From positions 1 to 64,000 of IMG/VR virus record IMGVR_UViG_3300033571_026375: a stretch of 64,000 bases of DNA. One strand, written 5' to 3'. Source of the stretch: an uncultured virus (IMG/VR IMGVR_UViG_3300033571_026375). Lineage: Duplodnaviria; Heunggongvirae; Uroviricota; Caudoviricetes. Below are positions 1 to 9,993 of the stretch, piece after piece; within the stretch, counting starts at the first letter, position 1, and each line of letters begins with the position of its first letter. The translations under genes and the position numbers were made by a program. The notes beneath the pieces are model-generated. The model worked only from the letters and a program-made list of their open reading frames with translations, ran no database searches and had not been told where the DNA came from.

Positions 1-52
1 CAAAAACGATTGTCCCAATGGTGTTTGTCCTATTAAAAAAACCACAAGGTAA
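1..52 (+). CDS. 3' end of an upstream gene (partial), ending ...KNDCPNGVCPIKKTTR*
   Basis: Frame starting at base 2 is open to TAA at 50-52; next ATG follows at 59. Confidence 0.6.
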   Translation, partial: KNDCPNGVCPIKKTTR

Positions 53-58
53 ATAATA

Positions 59-457
59 ATGGATAATAAAGAACAACTTAAAAATATTGCATTAAAAGTA
101 TTAGAGAAGTCTAATCTTCCTAAGAATGATAATCATAGTTTCGACCCTTTTACCATCTTGATGATAATTAGTGTTATACTAACTTTAATAAGAATACTTC
201 AAGAATGCAATAAAAATAAACTTAATAAAGATTGCTCACTAAGCGACAAATGCTCATTATATGGACAACAAGTAAAAGAGTATAGTGTGCGCCAAGGATG
301 GTTTACCAAAATGAGAATCAAAAAAATCTTACGTCGTGAAATGAAACCTGACGATTATAATAAATATTCTTTGTCGATAGTTAACAGTCTTTTAGATAAT
401 GGAGAAACCCTCACGGATGAAGAATTACAAACCCTAGTGGAGACAGCAAATGTTTAG
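59..457 (+). CDS. hypothetical protein with one hydrophobic segment
   Basis: 132 aa ORF; FDPFTILMIISVILTLIRIL segment; overlaps next gene. Confidence 0.7.
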   Translation: MDNKEQLKNIALKVLEKSNLPKNDNHSFDPFTILMIISVILTLIRILQECNKNKLNKDCSLSDKCSLYGQQVKEYSVRQGWFTKMRIKKILRREMKPDDYNKYSLSIVNSLLDNGETLTDEELQTLVETANV

Positions 458-701
458 TTTATTAGTATGGTGCGTATATGGTTTATTTGTGGGTAGTATC
501 GCTAAAAGTATTGTTCCTGGCGATGAAAATTTTGGTTTTGTCAAAACTGTAGCATTAGGTGTAGCCGGATCTTACATGGGTGGCGCTATTCTATATCTAA
601 TCGGTTCATATGAATCACTGTCTCCTACCGGATTGTTTGCGGGTACTGTCGGAGCAGTACTTAGTTTGGTACTATATAACAAGCTGTCACAAACAAAATA
701 G
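450..701 (+). CDS. GlsB/YeaQ/YmgE (transglycosylase-associated) family small membrane protein
   Basis: Three Gly-rich TM helices: W..YGLFVGSIAKSIVPG, TVALGVAGSYMGG, GTVGAVLSL. Confidence 0.85.
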   Translation: MFSLLVWCVYGLFVGSIAKSIVPGDENFGFVKTVALGVAGSYMGGAILYLIGSYESLSPTGLFAGTVGAVLSLVLYNKLSQTK

Positions 702-747
702 CCGCTTAAACAAGATTCAAATCATATACCTCTCATTTTGATTCAAA

Positions 748-766
748 GGTGTATAAGTAAGTATAC
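748..766 (+). promoter_or_regulatory. candidate phage-specific (late?) promoter motif GGTGTATA...GTATAC
   Basis: Same 8-mer, again followed by GTATAC, lies in the intergenic gap at 17786. Confidence 0.4.
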
Positions 767-805
767 TGAACATAATGACCGTTTTTCTTTCAGAAAGGAC
801 ACACG

Positions 806-1606
806 ATGGCCGACCGTAAAATTTCAGAACTAAATGAAGCTGGCAGAGTTTTTGATAAAGATTATCTAGTAGTTGTAACAGGAGTAGGGCAGTATAGGAA
901 TCCTAGTGATCCTAGTCAGGGCTTTGTTGATTTAGTTACTTCTAGAATGCCAGTATCCGGTCTAGCAGCATGGTCTTTTAGGGTTAATGAAATGGTGAGT
1001 GGCTGCACAGGTATTCAGATTATACCTCATATAAATACTGGACTATTTCCACCATCGATGAATAAAATTAGTATTTGTACAACAGGGGTTTCTTATACTG
1101 GACATAAGCATACATCAGCAGATATTACTGATTTTGGTAATGCTGTTAGCGGCCTTATCGAGCAACAGATTAAAATCTTAGGCACGCCAGTATCGTATAC
1201 AGGCGCCCCTACTGCATTAAACGAACTAAGCATAAATTTAAAACCCAATACCAAATATCTTTGTGAAGTTGGATTAATATTGAATCAAACAACTAGCTCA
1301 ACACGAATATCTGGTCAAATTAGTTCTACTGGTATATTAGCTACTAACAATAATCTATTAAATATATATGGTACTTGGAATACCAACGATCTTGTTAATC
1401 AATCTACTTATAATACCTCGTCATCAATGAGCGGCTGGTCAACTATAGCTGATGGTGTAAATAATAGTCTAACCACTTCTATAAATAAGTTTACTGTATC
1501 CACCTATGCTACCGAGTCTGATAGAATATTGGTTAGATTTGCAGCAAACAATGTAGATGGAGCGGTATTAGCTGGTAGTTGGCTAAAAACAGAAAAGATC
1601 GTATAA
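806..1606 (+). CDS. putative virion accessory/fibre protein
   Basis: N-terminal MADRKISEL motif typical of phage fibre anchors, shared with next gene; AAGGA RBS; S/T/G/N rich. Confidence 0.6.
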   Translation: MADRKISELNEAGRVFDKDYLVVVTGVGQYRNPSDPSQGFVDLVTSRMPVSGLAAWSFRVNEMVSGCTGIQIIPHINTGLFPPSMNKISICTTGVSYTGHKHTSADITDFGNAVSGLIEQQIKILGTPVSYTGAPTALNELSINLKPNTKYLCEVGLILNQTTSSTRISGQISSTGILATNNNLLNIYGTWNTNDLVNQSTYNTSSSMSGWSTIADGVNNSLTTSINKFTVSTYATESDRILVRFAANNVDGAVLAGSWLKTEKIV

Positions 1607-1625
1607 AACTTAGTAGATACTAATT

Positions 1626-3158
1626 ATGCCTGATTCAAAAATATCTCAATTAGAATCAGCAGATAAAATTTATGACCACGATCTTATGGTTGTGGTAACG
1701 GGCTATAATTCTCCGGGCTCATATCCAGAAAATAAGAAAATCAGCCTTGACAGAATTCGTAAAGATATAGTTCGATTAAATGAAATGATTTTTTTTATAT
1801 CCGGTTTTTCTGGATACTATAATACTGGAGAAAATTTATTTTATATCACTACTCATCAAAGTATTGGTAATTTAATTCGTTTAGATTATCCCGAGGTTTA
1901 TCCCCATAGTCCACAAGTAATATCTACTACGGGCCTCAATGCCAAAAATGGCAATAATATAGATATACAATTTAATAGTGGTACTATAGCAGCTAACAGA
2001 TACGGCGGGGTTGGTTCGCCATATTACAGCGGCATCATTTCTACGACAGGATTAAATACTCGTACAGAAAATCTGATTGTTAAAGAACATGAGACCATAT
2101 GGCCTTATAGTGGTGTGTTATATCAGTCCGGATTAAATGCTAGACCAGGAAATAATATCGAAGTACAATTTCAATCAGGCTCCCCGGCTAGTAATAAGTA
2201 TGGAGGAACAGAAGGTAAATATTGGAGTGGTATTATTTCAACCACAGGATTGAATACCAAAACAGACAATCTCATATCAGTAGAATTCGAAAATACATGG
2301 CCGTATAGTGGTATTATATATACTACTGGTTTAAATGCTAGAGCTGGTAATAATATAGAAATATCTTTTAGTTCGTCATCATCTGCTGGCTCTGTATATG
2401 GTGGACTAGGAGGTAAATTTAATAGCGGCATGATCTCTACCACCGGTTTAAATGCAAACCCAGGATCTGGTATTTATTTGAAACCCACAAACAGTTGGCC
2501 ATACCCATATGAGATAGGTTTGCTTAAAAAAGTACATATCCCCAGTAATATCTCTCCTAATAATCTATTAGCTGCTATATCTAATATAGATCAACAATTT
2601 ATCTTTCCATTGTTTTTACCAAATAATATTAAACGATTAAACTATAATAAAGTTAAATGTGAAGGATATTATAAAGAAATATACATTACATCCACTCTTC
2701 CGCTGGTCTATCCATCTATGACAGGACCTAATGGAGAACCCATCAATTGGACAGGATATTCTGTTAATAGTGGGAATATTACTCAAGGGGTGGTGTCTCT
2801 TAACATGGCTAGACTAAAACCCCACCCTGTGATTACTTCCTATCTTATGCTCGATTCTGCTCCAGACTATGACTACACTGATCAAATTATAACCACAAAC
2901 CACACAAGTATAGGGTCTGTTACGGTTTTTCAAAAAAAAATCCATTTTTTAGCATTTTATCATAATATAGAAAATGCTTATGGGTCGATTATAGCCAGCT
3001 GCACCTACCCCAGTTGTATAATCGGATGGGCTGGTTATTATTATAACGCTGGATCCATGTCAAATGTTTCCGTGAGTACAACAACAATTTCTGCTGGCAA
3101 TATAGATGCAGTAGTAGCAAATGGACACAGACATATGGAAGTAGATCCAATAGATTAA
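1626..3158 (+). CDS. putative virion fibre protein with internal tandem repeats
   Basis: MPDSKISQL N-terminus; repeated SGIISTTGLN(A/T) units. Confidence 0.6.
   Translation: MPDSKISQLESADKIYDHDLMVVVTGYNSPGSYPENKKISLDRIRKDIVRLNEMIFFISGFSGYYNTGENLFYITTHQSIGNLIRLDYPEVYPHSPQVISTTGLNAKNGNNIDIQFNSGTIAANRYGGVGSPYYSGIISTTGLNTRTENLIVKEHETIWPYSGVLYQSGLNARPGNNIEVQFQSGSPASNKYGGTEGKYWSGIISTTGLNTKTDNLISVEFENTWPYSGIIYTTGLNARAGNNIEISFSSSSSAGSVYGGLGGKFNSGMISTTGLNANPGSGIYLKPTNSWPYPYEIGLLKKVHIPSNISPNNLLAAISNIDQQFIFPLFLPNNIKRLNYNKVKCEGYYKEIYITSTLPLVYPSMTGPNGEPINWTGYSVNSGNITQGVVSLNMARLKPHPVITSYLMLDSAPDYDYTDQIITTNHTSIGSVTVFQKKIHFLAFYHNIENAYGSIIASCTYPSCIIGWAGYYYNAGSMSNVSVSTTTISAGNIDAVVANGHRHMEVDPID
1917..2510 (+). 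repeat. about three copies of a ~66-aa coding repeat (alternating long and short sub-units)
   Basis: ISTTGLNAxxGNNI...YGG...SGIISTTGLNT.T.NLI...WPYSG recurs in the translation. Confidence 0.8.
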
Positions 3159-3172
3159 TAAATAGTATTTTT

Positions 3173-5056
3173 ATGTTAACACCACAAGAACTATACGAAT
3201 CTGCTTCTGTTCAGCCATGTGAAGATGTTAATGACACACTAAGAGGTGATGGACCTAACGGTAAAGTCACACCATGGCATTCTAGAAGATTAGTGCAATT
3301 TCTAAAACATGTTAAATATCCATGCATAGGAGATACTCCGGATTATGCTTTAATCAAAGATACAGGATTAGGCAAAATAGGACTACCCTTTAAATTTTTA
3401 CAAAGTTTAGATATAGAAGCTTTTACAGAAAGTGCTGCCGCTTTAAAAAGCACAACATCTCATTCTGTTCGTAATGCGTGCGATATAGCAAGATCTTGTA
3501 AATTAACCGCTGATGATACTAAAAATCTATGGTTTCACCGAATGGGCTCAGAATATCTAGAGCATTTTGGTGAGAATTCATTGCCTGATTGTTTAATGGT
3601 AGCCGGGCCGGATTTGGTACCAGAAAGTGTGGCTGATGTTGGACGAGCGCCGTCTACAAATGAAACGTCTGATTCACAATTATATAAAGGAATGGGTTGT
3701 TTACCAGGAGACGGATGGGGTGTGGCTGGAGGTATAAGAAGTTGTATGATACCGCCGGGACAAACTAGTGGTCGTCCAGAGCCTCAGTGTCGTAGTTGTG
3801 GATTTTGTGATGAAAATTCTCCTCCAGATGATCCGTGTTGTGCGGGAGGGTTAGTGCGCTTAAACATATGTTGTAAAGCTCCGATGACCACGAGACTAGA
3901 TTTTGGATATTTGATGCCTGTTGATGAGGACACTATTGGCATAAATATTAGGCCCACAAAAATTATAGATTTCAGGGATGTTGATAACTTTGCTGTTCTT
4001 AAAGATCTCAATACAAATTCAACAACATTAACTGCTGATAGAAAAAATAAAATACAAGAAATCATAGGCGCATCTCCGGCAAAGATTACTAATGGGACAG
4101 GATTAGCTTTTAAAGATAATACTACTTGGATATATATTGGTTATAGTAATTTTGCTACTGATAAAACAGATGTTAGTAAATATGTAGCTTATTCATATAA
4201 ATTAAGACACATTGGTCTTTTAGAAAGAAAGTTATATGGAGGATATATTAATTTAATTGATAATAGTGGATCTAATCATTACGCCATAATGGATGATACT
4301 TTGCTGGAATATTTTCAAGGAAAAAATTTATGGAATTATGAAGAAAACGAATATATAGATCCGATAGAAAATAATATTACTGATTATATCCTGAGAGCTA
4401 GAACTATTTCTTTATTGTTATATGCTACGGCATCTTCAGGCAGATCTCCTGTTTCTGATACTCAAAAAATGGCGAATGAAATAAAAGACTTATTATGGAA
4501 CGGATATGGAGTTATACTATTCTCAAATGTAGGATTTCCTAATACCAGAGACTCTAGTGGCTTATCATACCCCGATAGAATCTCTTATAATACTTATACT
4601 ATTATAGGGTACGACGATACAAAATTAGAGTTTAATGAATGCGTCTATGTATTGTCCTGTCCGTGGGGTAAATGGATCAATGGGGGACATCCGTCTTGGG
4701 GACCATTGCCGGATGGGTGTTTTTTAGTTACAGAATCTCACTTGAAGTGTATGTTAACATACTATCCGGATAGAGAGTATCTTGGTTGCAAAAACCAAGG
4801 TCCGTGTAATCCTTTATTTGACGATTGCCAAGACCCAGATGTTATCCTAGAATTAGCTGGTTGTGGAGGACATACAGAAGAATATAAGTGTGAACCATAT
4901 AGATGTAATCCTCAACAAAGAACTATGGGATATGTTATGGCGGTTTCCTTATCTGAAGGCTTTCCAAAACAAGAGCTAGAACATCAAAAATATTATCCTG
5001 TAATGAGAATAAAAGAACTGATGCAAGAACAAACTATGTATTTTCAATATGATTAA
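3173..5056 (+). CDS. papain-like (peptidase C1) fold protein, apparently inactive, with Cys-rich insertions
   Basis: SHSVRNACD helix, TIIGYDD strand and CPWGKW...GCF pattern resemble C1 peptidases, but the catalytic positions are substituted. Confidence 0.55.
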   Translation: MLTPQELYESASVQPCEDVNDTLRGDGPNGKVTPWHSRRLVQFLKHVKYPCIGDTPDYALIKDTGLGKIGLPFKFLQSLDIEAFTESAAALKSTTSHSVRNACDIARSCKLTADDTKNLWFHRMGSEYLEHFGENSLPDCLMVAGPDLVPESVADVGRAPSTNETSDSQLYKGMGCLPGDGWGVAGGIRSCMIPPGQTSGRPEPQCRSCGFCDENSPPDDPCCAGGLVRLNICCKAPMTTRLDFGYLMPVDEDTIGINIRPTKIIDFRDVDNFAVLKDLNTNSTTLTADRKNKIQEIIGASPAKITNGTGLAFKDNTTWIYIGYSNFATDKTDVSKYVAYSYKLRHIGLLERKLYGGYINLIDNSGSNHYAIMDDTLLEYFQGKNLWNYEENEYIDPIENNITDYILRARTISLLLYATASSGRSPVSDTQKMANEIKDLLWNGYGVILFSNVGFPNTRDSSGLSYPDRISYNTYTIIGYDDTKLEFNECVYVLSCPWGKWINGGHPSWGPLPDGCFLVTESHLKCMLTYYPDREYLGCKNQGPCNPLFDDCQDPDVILELAGCGGHTEEYKCEPYRCNPQQRTMGYVMAVSLSEGFPKQELEHQKYYPVMRIKELMQEQTMYFQYD

Positions 5057-7499
5057 TTTATGTAATACTAATAAATATTCATTAGATCCAGACGGATCTA
5101 TTCCGAGCAAAAGAGTACCTAGACCTATTGAGGACATAGAAATTATAGGTGTTATTAAGAACGATGAAACTATTAATATGGTTAATGCGGGAAGTTGTGG
5201 TCTTAGCGGGATAGGCTCTATTACTACAACTTTTGATAAACAAGATAGAATTTTAACCATACAAGGTTCTAGTAAAGGGGTTTTTACAGCTGAAGGGGAT
5301 AATAATCCTAGACACCCTACTGGAGAAGCCCTTAGCGGTATCATGGCCAATAATCCTTTACGAGCAACCCATGGATGGTATACTATAGATCCTACATATA
5401 GTATAGGCTATCTGTCTTCCAATAGTCAAATCAAAATAGATAATATAGGCTTGAATAATAAAGAATTAAATGCATATAATACTAAAGTTAATAATGCAAC
5501 CTATGCAGACGGAGTGGTATCCACCAACAATTTAGAAATTACCGATGCTTACCTCTATAATATCAATATTACATGCTCTGATATAGATATAAAAAATAAT
5601 ACAAAAATAGATAGTATTGCAGCTAATACAGAATATATAAAAATAGAAAATAGTTCTATTGCTGAGTGTGCGCTGGAAACCATAGTTTTTGACTGTTCCA
5701 ATACTCCACTTATTGATTGTAGTATTTTTTGTGAATTAGGCACTTTAACAGACTGCGACATAAAGAGTACTATTTCTCAAGAAGGTAGTAATAATAAACT
5801 ATTATCAATATCAAATAGTCGTATACTGGCCGGATCTAGTATATCTGCGGACACCCTTGATTTACAGAACAGTGTGACAATTAATGGAAATATTGTATCA
5901 CAAACATTAGAATCTCAAAATCAAGACAATATGATCCTAGCTAGTGGTACAATAAATACAACACATTTCTTGGGTTCTATTAGTAATAGCGGAGTATTAT
6001 CTTTATCATCTGTATCTGGATTATCTAAGCCACATATTACTAATTATGGTCGTTTGACTGTAAGTGCTTCTGGAGCTTTAAAATTAACTAATAATGCATT
6101 CTGCTTAGTTGACAATAATGCTTCTTTTGTATCTAGTCTTAATAAAGAAAAAGGAATCATAGAAGGATCATTTAGTTTTGAAAACTCTATAAATTCTGGT
6201 TCTATTAAAGGTAATAATATTAGCTTTAATCAACAGTCTATAAATTATGGCTCCGGTAGCGAAATTTATTTTGATGGCTCATATAACTATGGTTTAGTAA
6301 ATAAGGGTCATTATTTATGTGGTAGTCTCAATTATGGCTTCGGAGGTGCTGCGGAATTTTATTGTAATTCTCAGAATATGGGTCAACCGACGACTTGTTT
6401 ATTTTTTGACCAATCTCAAAATAACGGCACTATATCTAATGGTATATTTAAGAATGAGAGTATTAATAAAGTTGCCGGAACAGGCCACTTATTCTACGAT
6501 AAATCCACAAACATTGGGCCGCTCTGGGAAGCATCTTTTTATAATAGCGGCATGTCCTCGAATGCTAGTTTAATAAATACTAATTTTTATGATACTAGTA
6601 GTATAGTTGGTGCTACATTACCAAGTGGCTTTTTGAATTGTTACTCTAATACTAAGAGTAGCGGTACTATTACTATTAATAGCGGCATCTGTAGCATGTA
6701 CGATACTAGTTATGCTAAAGAAATAACGATGACCAGCTATAGTGGATCACTTCAATTGTATGACAATAGCTGGGTGGAGACAATCAAAGGATCAGGCAAT
6801 ATTAAGTTATATGACAATTCTAAAGTCGAAAATTTAGATACAATGGGCACTTTGTATGACTCATCCATATGCTTAAACAGCAAGGGATTAATAACTCTTA
6901 GAGATCAAAGTTCTGCTGGTAATGGTGTTCATACTATGATTGATGCTTATGACAATGCTAAAGTTTCTGGTGCAGTAACTAAAGTAAGTTTGAGTGATAA
7001 TAGTCAATTCTTTTCTAAATCTTTCATACAAGGATTGATTATGGGCAATGCCAAGTTGGTTTATGCTGTTGTCTCACAGTCCGCATTATTCGTCGATGGT
7101 GCCTCAACCCCAAGTGGACAATCTTATATTAATTCTGTTGGTTTTTTTGGTGGAAGCACATGTAAAAAAAATACGCAATTATTTGCTAACAATGTTTCAT
7201 TATATGATTCTAATAATGAAGGTAAAATCACTGCTGATAATATTTCATATTGTGAAAATAGCAATAATATAGGCACAGGTATTGGCGTAGCTTCATTTGG
7301 GTCCGGATCAGTAAACTACGGATTTATTTTTGGAGAGGCTAGATTTTATATCGGTTCGTCTAATCTGGGTAGCGTTACCAAAGGATATTACCATCCTAGT
7401 GTGACTCAAACAGGCATTAGTCTAGAAGAAGGAACATGGGATCCGTCATTGGATCAGTTGATATGCGGGCCTCCATCATTTAGCTTTTTGGCTCCTTGA
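5049..7499 (+). CDS. beta-solenoid repeat protein (fibre/adhesin-like)
   Basis: 816 aa; short (F/L)YDxSxNxG and LYDNS-type repeats through the C-terminal two thirds. Confidence 0.6.
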   Translation: MINLCNTNKYSLDPDGSIPSKRVPRPIEDIEIIGVIKNDETINMVNAGSCGLSGIGSITTTFDKQDRILTIQGSSKGVFTAEGDNNPRHPTGEALSGIMANNPLRATHGWYTIDPTYSIGYLSSNSQIKIDNIGLNNKELNAYNTKVNNATYADGVVSTNNLEITDAYLYNINITCSDIDIKNNTKIDSIAANTEYIKIENSSIAECALETIVFDCSNTPLIDCSIFCELGTLTDCDIKSTISQEGSNNKLLSISNSRILAGSSISADTLDLQNSVTINGNIVSQTLESQNQDNMILASGTINTTHFLGSISNSGVLSLSSVSGLSKPHITNYGRLTVSASGALKLTNNAFCLVDNNASFVSSLNKEKGIIEGSFSFENSINSGSIKGNNISFNQQSINYGSGSEIYFDGSYNYGLVNKGHYLCGSLNYGFGGAAEFYCNSQNMGQPTTCLFFDQSQNNGTISNGIFKNESINKVAGTGHLFYDKSTNIGPLWEASFYNSGMSSNASLINTNFYDTSSIVGATLPSGFLNCYSNTKSSGTITINSGICSMYDTSYAKEITMTSYSGSLQLYDNSWVETIKGSGNIKLYDNSKVENLDTMGTLYDSSICLNSKGLITLRDQSSAGNGVHTMIDAYDNAKVSGAVTKVSLSDNSQFFSKSFIQGLIMGNAKLVYAVVSQSALFVDGASTPSGQSYINSVGFFGGSTCKKNTQLFANNVSLYDSNNEGKITADNISYCENSNNIGTGIGVASFGSGSVNYGFIFGEARFYIGSSNLGSVTKGYYHPSVTQTGISLEEGTWDPSLDQLICGPPSFSFLAP

Positions 7500-7524
7500 C
7501 GTTATCACGTATCCAATCTATAAT
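7496..7524 (+). promoter_or_regulatory. sigma70-type promoter of the sugar operon
   Basis: TTGACG-N17-TATAAT, 20 nt upstream of the ATG at 7545. Confidence 0.85.
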
Positions 7525-7544
7525 ATTAAATCTATTACACGGAG

Positions 7545-7925
7545 ATGTTATGTATGCATAAATTTGTAGATAAAGTTTGGGGATATGAAATATGGATAGA
7601 AAATAATGACCTATATTGTGGCAAACATCTTCATGTAAAACCAAATAAATGGTGCTCTGCCCATTTTCACAAAAATAAAAAAGAGACTTTTTATGTGATC
7701 GACGGAGAATTGCTTCTCAAGTATTCGCAGAACATGAATGAGGATATATGGAATTTGGACTTAGTAGATACGATTATACTAAAAAAGGGGGAATCTTTCA
7801 CTATAGAACCATATACTGTACATAGGTTTTCTAGTAATAATACGGATACTCCTTGCGATTTTATAGAGATTTCTACTCATCATGATGATAATGATTCATA
7901 TAGGATCATACCTAGTATACCATGA
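7545..7925 (+). CDS. cupin-fold sugar isomerase-like protein
   Basis: KVWGYE; SAHFHKNKKETFYV and PYTVHRF cupin metal motifs. Confidence 0.8.
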   Translation: MLCMHKFVDKVWGYEIWIENNDLYCGKHLHVKPNKWCSAHFHKNKKETFYVIDGELLLKYSQNMNEDIWNLDLVDTIILKKGESFTIEPYTVHRFSSNNTDTPCDFIEISTHHDDNDSYRIIPSIP

Positions 7926-8215
7926 TATACGCAGTAGATATAGACAATACCATATGCTTAACATCCGGTAGTGATTATGTTAATTCGCAACCAATAAAAA
8001 CGCGTATAGAAAAAATTAACTTGTTATATAATAGTGGTCATACTATAGTATACTGGACCGCAAGAGGATCAAAAAGTGGCATTGATTGGCAATCACTAAC
8101 TATTCAGCAGCTTAATAGCTGGGGTTGTTTATATCATTCATTATTATTTCATAAACCAGTTTATGATCTTTATATTGATGACAAGTCTATAAACTCAGAA
8201 ATATTTTTCTCATGA
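7922..8215 (+). CDS. capless HAD-superfamily phosphatase (capsule biosynthesis phosphatase-like)
   Basis: DIDNT motif I, WTARG motif II, KP...YIDDK motifs III/IV. Confidence 0.85.
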   Translation: MIYAVDIDNTICLTSGSDYVNSQPIKTRIEKINLLYNSGHTIVYWTARGSKSGIDWQSLTIQQLNSWGCLYHSLLFHKPVYDLYIDDKSINSEIFFS

Positions 8216-8970
8216 TCAGAATAGCTGTAATAGGAGAATCTTGTACCGATCAGTATGTGTATGGCACATGCGACAGGGTGTGTCCAGAAGCGGCAGCCTT
8301 GTGTTTCAAGCACAATGAAGATATAACATTCAATCCTGGTATGGCTGGTAATGTTTACCAAAATTTATTAGCTTTGAATACAAATCATAATATAGAATTA
8401 ATCACTACCAGATCTAATATAATTAAAAAACGATTTGTAGATAAAAAATATAATACTATTGTTTTTAGAGAAGATATTAATGATGTTTGTGAGCCCATAG
8501 ATATTGACGGGTATGATTTTAGTAATTATGATGTGATAGTTTTTTCGGACTATTGTAAAGGTTTCTTAAGCTCAGATGATATTAGTAAAATTTGTTCGCA
8601 AAAAAAAGAATCCTGCGTGACCTTTTTAGATACCAAAAAGTCTGTCTGTTCAATCTTAACCCAAGCTGTAGATTACATTAAAATTAACTCCAATGAATTT
8701 AAACAAAATGTAACGGATGCTACGAGCATTAAACACTGCTCGTTAATAGTCACAGAAGGAGAAGACGGAGCATCATTATATCAAAATGGGTCCAAAAGAC
8801 AATTTCCTACCGACAAAGTAATATTAAGAGATGTTTGTGGTGCTGGAGATACTTTTTTAGCAGCATTAGTTATAGCCTATGTACAACATGCTAATATTGA
8901 AAACGCTATTATGTTTGCTAATCAATGTGCTTCTAAGGTCGTAGGTCAGTTTGGAGTAGTAACACCATGA
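8212..8970 (+). CDS. hldA: PfkB-family kinase, HldE/RfaE kinase-domain (heptose-7-phosphate kinase)-like
   Basis: G.CDRVCPEA, GMAGNV, SDYCKG, DVCGAGDTF motifs; adjacent to nucleotidyltransferase. Confidence 0.8.
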   Translation: MIRIAVIGESCTDQYVYGTCDRVCPEAAALCFKHNEDITFNPGMAGNVYQNLLALNTNHNIELITTRSNIIKKRFVDKKYNTIVFREDINDVCEPIDIDGYDFSNYDVIVFSDYCKGFLSSDDISKICSQKKESCVTFLDTKKSVCSILTQAVDYIKINSNEFKQNVTDATSIKHCSLIVTEGEDGASLYQNGSKRQFPTDKVILRDVCGAGDTFLAALVIAYVQHANIENAIMFANQCASKVVGQFGVVTP

Positions 8971-9380
8971 GTCGTACGATTTGGACAAATGGATGTTTTG
9001 ATATATTACACATAGGACATATCAAACTCTTTGAATATGCTAAATCACTAGGAGATAAACTCATTGTTGGTATAGACGGAGACGAGAGAGTAAAACTACT
9101 CAAAGGTTCCAATAGACCAATTAATAATGAACAAAATAGAAAAATGTTATTAGAGTCTATAAAGTATATAGATAGTGTCTATATTTTTAATAGCGACGAT
9201 GCACTAAGAGGCTTGATTAAAAATAATGATGTTGATACTATAGTGGTTGGAGATGATTATAGAGATAAGACCGTGATTGGATCAGAACATAGTAGAGCAA
9301 CTATTTTGTTCCCCAAAATATCATCGGTATCTACATCTAGCATACTTTTATCCATAAAAGCAAATATATGTCCTATATAG
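8967..9380 (+). CDS. hldC: HldE/RfaE domain II-like heptose-1-phosphate adenylyltransferase
   Basis: TNGCFDILHIGH, LKGSNRPIN, GDDY, STSSI motifs. Confidence 0.85.
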   Translation: MSRTIWTNGCFDILHIGHIKLFEYAKSLGDKLIVGIDGDERVKLLKGSNRPINNEQNRKMLLESIKYIDSVYIFNSDDALRGLIKNNDVDTIVVGDDYRDKTVIGSEHSRATILFPKISSVSTSSILLSIKANICPI

Positions 9381-9985
9381 AATCAGCATTTAGTCAGAAG
9401 CCCGATAATTCTTTGCTGGGTCCAAAAATGTCTGTTTTGGAGGGGGCCTCCGTTAATATTCTTAAAAAAAATCTTCCTGGTGACATAGCTGAATGCGGAG
9501 TATATAAAGGGGGTAGCGCTAGATTATTAGCTACTATTTTTCCTAATAAAAAAATATTTTTGTTTGATTCTTTTGACGGTATTCATGAAAACGATGTTCT
9601 GCCCAGTGACCATAGAAAAGGTGATTTCTCTGATACCTCCTTACTACAAGTTAAAGATTATCTGGACGACAAACCCAACTGTCTTTTTTTCCCCGGATGG
9701 CTCCCCGAATCTGCATCATTTTTAACCGATGAAAAATTTAGCTTGGTTCATATAGATTTAGATTTATATGAATCCACAAAAGCAGCCATCAATTTATTTT
9801 GGCCCAGATTAGTAGAGGGAGGCGTTATGGTTTTCAATCATTATAAACGACATCATGGTTTGGGAGTAGAAAAAGCAATTTTAGAATATTTCGACAATAG
9901 CGATATTCTTTACGAAAAAATAGTCATTGATCGCCTATTTTATTGTATCATTCACAAATTTCCTATATCACGACAGTCTGTTTGA
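9368..9985 (+). CDS. TylF/MycF-family O-methyltransferase
   Basis: GDIAECGVYKGGS, FDSFDG, HIDLDLYEST motifs. Confidence 0.85.
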   Translation: MSYIESAFSQKPDNSLLGPKMSVLEGASVNILKKNLPGDIAECGVYKGGSARLLATIFPNKKIFLFDSFDGIHENDVLPSDHRKGDFSDTSLLQVKDYLDDKPNCLFFPGWLPESASFLTDEKFSLVHIDLDLYESTKAAINLFWPRLVEGGVMVFNHYKRHHGLGVEKAILEYFDNSDILYEKIVIDRLFYCIIHKFPISRQSV

Positions 9986-9993
9986 TAAATACC

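Noticed and set aside
1917..2510. Repeats as a CRISPR array or DGR template/variable pair
   Set aside because: They are in-frame protein repeats with synonymous divergence; no adenine-specific mismatch pattern was evident and there is no reverse transcriptase in the window.
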